A stretch of DNA of 64,000 nucleotides, from assembly GCA_964652295.1 (NCBI GenBank), contig CAZZCL010000003.1, forward strand, positions 141 through 64,140, given 5' to 3'. Positions 58,501 through 64,000 of the stretch are shown here, piece after piece. Each line of letters begins with the position of its first letter. The first letter of the stretch is position 1. This DNA is from an uncultured Chthoniobacterales bacterium (GTDB lineage: Bacteria; Verrucomicrobiota; Verrucomicrobiia; Chthoniobacterales; CALDSX01). The notes beneath the pieces were generated by a model that did not search any database, was not told the DNA's origin, and saw only the letters and a list, made by a program, of their open reading frames with translations. Position numbers and translations under genes: made by a program.

Positions 58501-58817
58501 CCAGGCCGGGGCATGGCTGTCGCGTATAGCAGGGGTTTACCCGGAATCTGCCACTCCGGGCTGCGCACATAGGGCACCACATAACCTTCCGGCCTGCGGC
58601 ATCCGGCCATGCCAAATCCCGCCAAAGCCATCGAGGCTCCCATCAGCCGCAGGAAACTGCGGCGGGAAACCGGATCCATCTCCAGTTCATTCGCGCCACG
58701 GGGAAATTCCCGATGCAGCCACTCGCGGAATTGCGGCGTGTCCTCGAGATCGCCAAGGCTCCGCCAGTAGCGACGGCCTCCGCCTGTGCGTTCGGGATGA
58801 TCAACAATGTGCTTCAT
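55503..58817 (-). CDS. actB: ACIII subunit ActB (Tat-exported molybdopterin-oxidoreductase-like domain fused to a 4Fe-4S ferredoxin domain)
   Basis: Tat signal RRSFLRLMGASMALAGFGMAGC. Fe-S motifs CTGCNVCTVAC, CMHCENAPCEVVCP and CIGTRYCANNCP. His-rich C-terminus. Confidence 0.9.
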   Translation of the reverse strand: MKHIVDHPERTGGGRRYWRSLGDLEDTPQFREWLHREFPRGANELEMDPVSRRSFLRLMGASMALAGFGMAGCRRPEGYVVPYVRSPEWQIPGKPLLYATAMPRPGGAMPLIVTTHDGRPTKIEGNPLHPGSNGGTDAIAQASVLDLYDPDRARGFVRGGAPASQDEFDAFLDAVLAEIGIAGGGGAAILAGSDNSPTRARIRRLVQKKFPKLLWAEYEAAESGERAAAHRAVFGSGVTLRPRLDAATTILALDADVLGAEPGVGGPLEASAGFAARRRAFATAQEEGGGMNRLYVVEPAFTVTGGMADHRVRCAPGRIGVFAAALALQLGADGPLAEMARAFAPDEGEFDSAMIGAIAADLQAHRGEAAVIVGERQPRAVHALVCAINEALGAFGRTMDIVRMPAPPDAGDLAEPATIRELASAVNEGRIATLFVLGADPAFTAPADLGWTDLQRSVKTVVRHGLHYDDTSKASLWHVPAAHYLESWGDTFSSGGTYSVVQPLIAPLFGGLSEIELLARMAGVLPEQEPMPEGPPPNGMKPELPAAPAMQLVQETFHALFELEDLKAGWHVCLRDGFYLSSNPRAEVSASDYNAAAAVELVRTAGSASAAPGPDAMEVALAPHPFLYDGRYANNGWLQELPDPVTRITWGNAAVLSPATSRALGVRDNDLVRISVDGRSVTLPVYVGPGAADNVATLALGFGRNDPGRRVLDGAGFDVYPLLGGLNPMIRSGATVARAGGQHDNANTQEHHSMEGRDHVREGTLERFAEDPAFAAGMGIDSHIPPNISLYHAPPMTAPHQWGMTIDLNLCTGCNVCTVACQAENNIPIVGREQVINGREMHWIRIDRYYASKDAADPNPEMVMQPVPCMHCENAPCEVVCPVNATVHNEEGLNVMTYNRCIGTRYCANNCPYKVRRFNYFDYNKRRITQAEILPGFKTGNLYLGPLGAVNDDRMIEMQKNPNVTVRMRGVIEKCTFCVQRLEEAKIDHKVRNAGTADVVIPRDSVKTACQQACPTQAIAFGNIADAESAVSKARSEPRAYVLLKYLNVNPRVSYLARLKNPNPAMPDAAGVGAFNVGGHHGHGDGVHDAHEETAHGAGEGGNH

Positions 58818-58829
58818 GAAAATGGCTCG

Positions 58830-59480
58830 TCAGCGGTGGCAACCGGCGCAGGTTTGGGGCGGATTCACCGCCCAGCGATCTTTCAGCTCCAGCCCGATTT
58901 CGCGCTGCGTTTGGCCTTCGGGTTTCCAGTCGAGGTTATAGACCTGGTTCAGCGGCCGAAGATGATTCTCCGGCGCGCGATGACAGTCCAGACACCAACC
59001 CATGCTCAACGATTGATCGTGCCAGACGACCTCCATTTCATTGATCTGCCCGTGGCAACTCACGCACGACACGCCGCGGCTCACATGGATTGCGTGGTTG
59101 AAATACACGTAATCGGGCGCCTGATGGATTCGGACCCAGCGCACCGGTTCGTTGCGCTCATAACTCTGGCGAATGATAGCCAGTTTGGGGCTGGCTGTCT
59201 GCACGAGCGAATGACATTTCATACAGGTCTCGGTGGCCGGCACGTTCGAATGCGAGGACACATCGACGAAACTATGGCAATAGCGGCAGTCCATTCCGAG
59301 CTGACCGGCATGAAGGCTGTGATCGAAAGCGACAGGCTGCGTTGGCATGTACCCCGCCCGGGTATACTCGGGCGTGAAATAATACCAATACGCCAACGTG
59401 ACAAACCCACCAAGGACAAAGGCGATCACAAGGATCTTCCAGGGCAGTTGATTGGTCCAGCGGGGATAAAAGTTAGCCAT
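58830..59480 (-). CDS. actA: ACIII subunit ActA (pentaheme cytochrome c)
   Basis: N-terminal TM helix and five CxxCH motifs: CRYCH, CMKCH, CVSCH, CLDCH, CAGCH. Confidence 0.9.
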   Translation of the reverse strand: MANFYPRWTNQLPWKILVIAFVLGGFVTLAYWYYFTPEYTRAGYMPTQPVAFDHSLHAGQLGMDCRYCHSFVDVSSHSNVPATETCMKCHSLVQTASPKLAIIRQSYERNEPVRWVRIHQAPDYVYFNHAIHVSRGVSCVSCHGQINEMEVVWHDQSLSMGWCLDCHRAPENHLRPLNQVYNLDWKPEGQTQREIGLELKDRWAVNPPQTCAGCHR

Positions 59481-60051
59481 TCAGTCCGAACACGATGCGC
59501 GAGTTGCCACCGGCGCACCGGAAAGTCCCCGCAGAAACACGGGCCAGATTACCGGGCAGCGGAAGGCGATCAATAAAATAATCAGCCCAACCACTATAAA
59601 GTTTTCTAATGCAAACAGGTCTCATTAAGGTTCGTCTCGTCCCCTATCTTTCAACAGTCCACTCCACTCCTGCCGCCCTGTGAGGATTCTCCGCTCAGCG
59701 AACGCACAGACCGCTTTCCGTCAGCACGGACCGTTCCATCCCGCATAAAATCAAGGCTTGAAAAGATCTCCCACGCACAGCGTCCCGCCACGGCAAGGCT
59801 TCCCTTTGCGTTGCGCTGCGTGCGGAGAGCCCTGCGGAACGGGTTCGAGTGTTTATAAGTTATTCTAATAGATCGCGCACTCCGCCTGCTTCGTCAAGCG
59901 CCGACCGCCCCAGGACCTGCCTCAACAGGCAGCCCCGCGTCGCTCCGGCAGCCCCTCCGATCTTTACCGGTCCGTCCCACCCATTCACGGTGTCGTCGCA
60001 TGGATTTTCCGCTTTCCCGAAGCCGCTGCCCACGCATTATCCTCACAGTTT
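59481..60051. promoter_or_regulatory. 571-nt divergent non-coding region (actA <-> fabG) with two AT-rich islands
   Basis: The AT-rich islands are at ~59571-59620 and ~59849-59875, each containing TTCTAAT. No convincing ORF. Promoters are not mapped. Confidence 0.35.
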
Positions 60052-60798
60052 ATGCGATTTGAAAACCGAACAGCCATTGTAACCGGCGCAGGACGCGGAA
60101 TCGGCCTCGCCATCGCCACACGGCTGGCATCCGAAGGCGCCCGCGTCGCCGTCGTCAGCCGGTCCTCCGGCAACGCGCAAGCCGCCGCCGCTGCCATCGA
60201 AACTGCACACCCGGGACAAGCAACGCCCTTTGCCGTGGATGTCGCCGACCGCGCCGCCGTGGACTCGGCGCTTCCCCGCATGGTGGAAGCGCTTGGCGGC
60301 CGGGTGGATATCCTCGTCAACAACGCGGGTATCACGCGGGACGGGCTTCTCATGCGAATGACTCAGGAAGATTGGGATGCCACAATCGCCACCAATCTGA
60401 CCGGGGTGTTTCATATGACCGCGCCGCTTCTGCGCACCTTTTTAAAGCAGCGCAGCGGGCGTATCGTAAACATCAGCTCCATCGCAGGTGTGAGCGGCAA
60501 CGCGGGGCAATGCAATTATGCAGCCAGCAAAGCGGGGCTGATTGGCTTTACAAAATCCCTCGCCCGCGAGGCGGCAGGGCGCGGCGTCACGGCAAACGTT
60601 GTTGCTCCGGGCTTCATCAAAACCGATATGACAGATGTGCTTTCCGAAGACATCAAAGCTTCCGTTCTCCAAAAGATCCCGCTCGGCGTCTTCGGCGAAC
60701 CGGAGGATATTGCAGCCGCCACCGCTTTTCTTGCAAGCGACGAAGCAAAATTCATTACTGGGCAGGTCTTGATCGTCGATGGCGGAATGGTCATGTAA
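60052..60798 (+). CDS. fabG: 3-oxoacyl-[ACP] reductase
   Basis: SDR motifs TGAGRGIG, NNAG and YAASKAG. 248 aa. Confidence 0.9.
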   Translation: MRFENRTAIVTGAGRGIGLAIATRLASEGARVAVVSRSSGNAQAAAAAIETAHPGQATPFAVDVADRAAVDSALPRMVEALGGRVDILVNNAGITRDGLLMRMTQEDWDATIATNLTGVFHMTAPLLRTFLKQRSGRIVNISSIAGVSGNAGQCNYAASKAGLIGFTKSLAREAAGRGVTANVVAPGFIKTDMTDVLSEDIKASVLQKIPLGVFGEPEDIAAATAFLASDEAKFITGQVLIVDGGMVM

Positions 60799-60883
60799 CC
60801 CTTCCGACATACATTGAACCGCGGCACCGATTTTGCCATCCCCCGGGGTGCTGCCGCTGAGTACAATCCCAACACCGTTTTTC

Positions 60884-61360
60884 ATGAAGCTGTTCATCCT
60901 GCGACACGCCGATGCCGAACCCGCCCGGACCGGCGAGAACGACCGCGACCGCGCGCTGACCGACAAGGGACGCGAACAAAGCCGAAAGGTCGGCCGATTT
61001 CTTCGCACGCGGGAGCTGACGCCCGACGCAGTGTTCACCAGCCCCTGCACGCGGGCGCGGCAGACTGCTGAGGTTGTCTGCGAAGAAGCGTGCCTCGACG
61101 ATCCGGAACTGGCCCCATGGCTGGCACCAGGGGCCAACCCCGAAGATATCGCAGCTGCTTTGAACGATTGCCTTCGGCTTGAGGATCTTCTCATAGTGGG
61201 GCATCAACCCGATCTGGGACGACTCGCAGCGTTTCTCATGGGTCTTCCCAAGGAGATGTCTATCCGCGTGCGCAAAAGCCAACTGGTTGAGCTGGAACTG
61301 GAACGTCCCACCGCAGTAGGCGCACGGCTTCTCGCCAGTGTGCCGGTCCTCTACATGTGA
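60884..61360 (+). CDS. sixA: Phosphohistidine phosphatase SixA-like (histidine phosphatase superfamily)
   Basis: Begins MKLFILRHADAE... and contains ...VGHQPDL. 158 aa. Confidence 0.7.
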   Translation: MKLFILRHADAEPARTGENDRDRALTDKGREQSRKVGRFLRTRELTPDAVFTSPCTRARQTAEVVCEEACLDDPELAPWLAPGANPEDIAAALNDCLRLEDLLIVGHQPDLGRLAAFLMGLPKEMSIRVRKSQLVELELERPTAVGARLLASVPVLYM

Positions 61361-61379
61361 CCGCGCTCGATTCCCATTC

Positions 61380-62252
61380 ATGAAACGCAAAGCCATCATC
61401 CTCGCGGGCGGCGCCGGAACCCGTCTGCATCCCTTAACAAGTATCGTCTGCAAACAGCTTTTGCCGATCTACGATAAACCCATGATTTATTACCCGCTGG
61501 CCACCCTGATGCTCGGCGGGCTGAAGGAAATCCTGATCGTTTCGACCCCGAAAGATCTTCCCGTGTTTCGCACTCTGTTCGGCTCGGGCGAGCGGCTGGG
61601 CCTGCGGATCGAGTATGCCGAACAACCCCGGCCCGAAGGTCTCGCGCAGGCGTTTCATATCGGCGCGGATTTCATCGGATCCGATGGCGCCGTGTTGATC
61701 CTCGGCGACAACATTTTTTACGGCAAACTCGACTTCTTTCGCGACGCCCTCGCCTTGGAATCGGGCGCCTGCATTTTTGGCTATCGCGTGGGTGATCCCG
61801 AGCGTTACGGCGTGGTGGAATTCGACGATGCAGGGCGGGCGGTCAGCCTCGAGGAAAAACCCAGGGCGCCGAAAAGCAATTTTGCGGTGCCCGGTCTTTA
61901 TGTCTACGACAATGAAATCCTTGAGATCGCACGAAACCAGAAACCCAGCGCCCGAGGCGAGCTGGAAATCACCGATGCCAATCGCATGTATCTTGAACGC
62001 GGAGCGCTGCAGGTGCGCGTGCTGGGCCGCGGCGTAGCATGGCTGGACACCGGCACACCCACCAGCCTACTCGAGGCGGGTAACTACATCGCCGCAATCG
62101 AACACCGGCAGGGGTTGAAAATCGCCTGCCTCGAAGAAATCGCTTACAATATGGGCTTCATCGACGGCACCGGACTACAGGCAAACATCGATGCACTGCC
62201 GAAAAACGATTATCGCGAGTACCTCATCCGCGTGGCGAAAGAAGCGGCGTAG
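61380..62252 (+). CDS. rfbA: Glucose-1-phosphate thymidylyltransferase
   Basis: Motifs AIILAGGAGTRLHPLT, YDKPMIYYPL and the ...LEITD... region. Confidence 0.9.
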   Translation: MKRKAIILAGGAGTRLHPLTSIVCKQLLPIYDKPMIYYPLATLMLGGLKEILIVSTPKDLPVFRTLFGSGERLGLRIEYAEQPRPEGLAQAFHIGADFIGSDGAVLILGDNIFYGKLDFFRDALALESGACIFGYRVGDPERYGVVEFDDAGRAVSLEEKPRAPKSNFAVPGLYVYDNEILEIARNQKPSARGELEITDANRMYLERGALQVRVLGRGVAWLDTGTPTSLLEAGNYIAAIEHRQGLKIACLEEIAYNMGFIDGTGLQANIDALPKNDYREYLIRVAKEAA

Positions 62253-62273
62253 GAACGCGCCCCACCCTCCGAT

Positions 62274-63395
62274 TCAGACATTGAACCGGAATTCGATGAC
62301 GTCGCCATCCTGCACCTCGTACTCCTTGCCCTCGATGCGCAGCTTTCCCGCTTCCCGAGCGCGGGCATGGGAACCCAGCCGCACCAGCTCCTCGTAGGCA
62401 ACCACCTCCGCAGCGATGAATCCGCGCTCGAAATCGCTGTGGATTGCGCCCGCAGCGGCTGGCGCTTTATCGCCGGCGTGGATTGTCCAGGCTCGCGTCT
62501 CCTTTTCTCCCGTGGTGAGATACGTCCGCAACCCAAGGACCTGGTATGCAGCCCTGATCAATGAGCCCACGCCGCTTTCCTGTACTCCGAGGTCTGCAAG
62601 GTACGCGGCGGCTTCTTCGGGACTAAGTTCCGCCAGCTCGCTTTCAATCTGGGCGCTCACCACAACCGCCTCCGCACCGGCACGCTCGGCGGCGTATGAT
62701 CGGACCGCGTACACATGAACTGCAGCCGGAGTCGCATGGCCGGCAGCCAGCGCTCCGAGATCCGCCTCCGAAACGTTGCAGGCAAACAGCATGCGTTTGG
62801 CTGTAAGCAGAAAAAATTCCCGCATCGTCGAGCGTTCGTCCTCAGAAAATTCCGCGATGCCGGCCAGCTGGCCCTGGTCAAGATGCGGGATGAGCTTGTC
62901 GAGTACCGCCAATTCGGCCTTTGCCGTTTTATCTCCGCCCCGGGCAGCTTTCACATTTTTCTCCGCACGCTTCTGGCAGGACGCCAGATCCGCGAGTACG
63001 AGTTCGGTGTTGATGGTCTCGATATCGCGCAGCGGATCGATGCTCCCGCTCACATGATGAATGTCTTCGCTCTCGAAACACCGTACCACCTGCACAATGG
63101 CGTCCACCTCGCGGATGTGGCTCAGAAACTGGTTGCCCAGCCCTTCCCCTTTGCTTGCCCCCCGGACCAGCCCCGCGATATCCACAAATTCGACCGCTGC
63201 GGGCACGACCTTTTTCGAGTTCGACAACCGCGCAAGCGCGTCCAGACGCGAGTCCGGCACCTGCACGACTCCCGTGTTCGGATCGATCGTGCAGAACGGA
63301 TAGTTCGCCGCCTCGGCTTTCCGCGTGCGGGTCAACGCATTGAAAAGGGTGCTTTTTCCCACATTGGGGAGACCAACAATTCCGGCTTTCAGCAT
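62274..63395 (-). CDS. ychF: Redox-regulated ATPase YchF (Obg-family)
   Basis: P-loop [27 protein letters not shown], and a C-terminal TGS-like domain. Confidence 0.95.
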   Translation of the reverse strand: MLKAGIVGLPNVGKSTLFNALTRTRKAEAANYPFCTIDPNTGVVQVPDSRLDALARLSNSKKVVPAAVEFVDIAGLVRGASKGEGLGNQFLSHIREVDAIVQVVRCFESEDIHHVSGSIDPLRDIETINTELVLADLASCQKRAEKNVKAARGGDKTAKAELAVLDKLIPHLDQGQLAGIAEFSEDERSTMREFFLLTAKRMLFACNVSEADLGALAAGHATPAAVHVYAVRSYAAERAGAEAVVVSAQIESELAELSPEEAAAYLADLGVQESGVGSLIRAAYQVLGLRTYLTTGEKETRAWTIHAGDKAPAAAGAIHSDFERGFIAAEVVAYEELVRLGSHARAREAGKLRIEGKEYEVQDGDVIEFRFNV

Positions 63396-63509
63396 GCCGC
63401 ACAAAAGCAGATCGTCGTGCAGGTTCAAAGGGCGGACGCACGAAAAGCAAAACCCACACAGCAAACATTGAATCCGCACCAGGACTGGTCTTAAAGTTCC
63501 CCACTAATC

Positions 63510-63947
63510 ATGGATGATGCACCCAACTTCGATGCGGAAGATTTCGAGGACGCCGAACCCGGGATGGACGAACCGCTCAATGTGCTCGGCGAAGCGCTTG
63601 AACCCTGTTCGATGGATCCGTTGACCGGCTTCTATCGCGATGGCTGCTGCAATACCGGAGCCGACGATAACGGCGAACACACCGTTTGCGCCCGTGTGAC
63701 GGCGGAATTTCTCGAGTTCTCCAGGCGCGTGGGCAACGATCTCTCCACACCCGTGCCTGAGTACGGGTTTCCAGGGCTCAACCCCGGCGACCGCTGGTGC
63801 ATCTGCGCCGCACGCTGGAAACAGGCGCTCGACGCCGGAGTGGCTCCGCCTGTCATCCTTGAAGCGACGCACAAATCCGTTCTACATCTGGTTGCACTCA
63901 GCCAGCTGCAGGAACATGCCCTGATCGAGTCGGCCCCCGACGAATAA
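63510..63947 (+). CDS. DUF2237 family protein
   Basis: Contains LEPCSMDPLTGFYRDGCCNTG...HTVCA...RWCICAARW, a conserved Cys pattern as I recall it for DUF2237. Confidence 0.65.
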   Translation: MDDAPNFDAEDFEDAEPGMDEPLNVLGEALEPCSMDPLTGFYRDGCCNTGADDNGEHTVCARVTAEFLEFSRRVGNDLSTPVPEYGFPGLNPGDRWCICAARWKQALDAGVAPPVILEATHKSVLHLVALSQLQEHALIESAPDE

Positions 63948-64000
63948 CATAACCGCTGGCGCCAACGTGTAGTGGCGCACAGCGTCGAAACTAATCCGCT

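Noticed and set aside
55785-58819. Several + strand ORFs of 270-370 aa (55785-56720, 57417-58529, 57989-58819)
   Set aside because: All are antisense to actB, which has a Tat signal and four Fe-S cluster motifs.
59849-60082. 77-aa ORF upstream of and overlapping the fabG start; also the 86-aa ORF at 27185-27445
   Set aside because: Both have Pro/Ser-rich low-complexity translations inside regulatory gaps and show no coding periodicity by eye.
63960-63985. Short hairpin GCGCCA-N8-TGGCGC after the DUF2237 gene
   Set aside because: It has only a 6-bp stem and no U-tract, and it is too close to the window edge to evaluate.

Overview
High-GC (about 60%), gene-dense bacterial chromosome with no rRNA, tRNA, CRISPR or mobile elements that I can see. 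I call about 60 CDS. The gene content suggests a Verrucomicrobiota (Opitutae-like) aerobe or microaerobe; this is an inference from an Akkermansia Amuc_1098-1102-like pilus cluster plus ACIII.

Main blocks:
1. 59-5302 (+): a corrinoid methyl-transfer operon (AraC regulator, B12-binding protein, URO-D-type methyltransferase, DUF1638, RACo-type activase) closed by a perfect palindromic terminator.
2. Housekeeping genes: pgsA, der, thiC with a clear TPP riboswitch, and an overlapping coaE-rho-rnd-membrane protein operon.
3. 16.6-24.2 kb (-): a type IV pilus-like cluster (TPR-secretin, three membrane-anchored proteins, a PilM-N fusion) with no pilin, ATPase or platform gene.
4. 24.4-30.3 kb: an exopolysaccharide export module (UXS, beta-barrel OMP, Wzc tyrosine kinase, short Wza-like OPX).
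5. 31.3-35.2 kb (+): a translationally coupled ExbB-ExbD-TonB-like-zinc-ribbon-GuaB3-Nudix operon. The two canonical acidic motor residues read as Gln and Asn.
6. 39.8-59.5 kb (-): a 21-gene respiratory supercluster (ACIII actABCDEF, ccoS, cbb3, aa3, two unknown small membrane ORFs, ctaA/ctaB, Sco, DUF420).

All functional calls rest on motifs read by eye. No searches were run.
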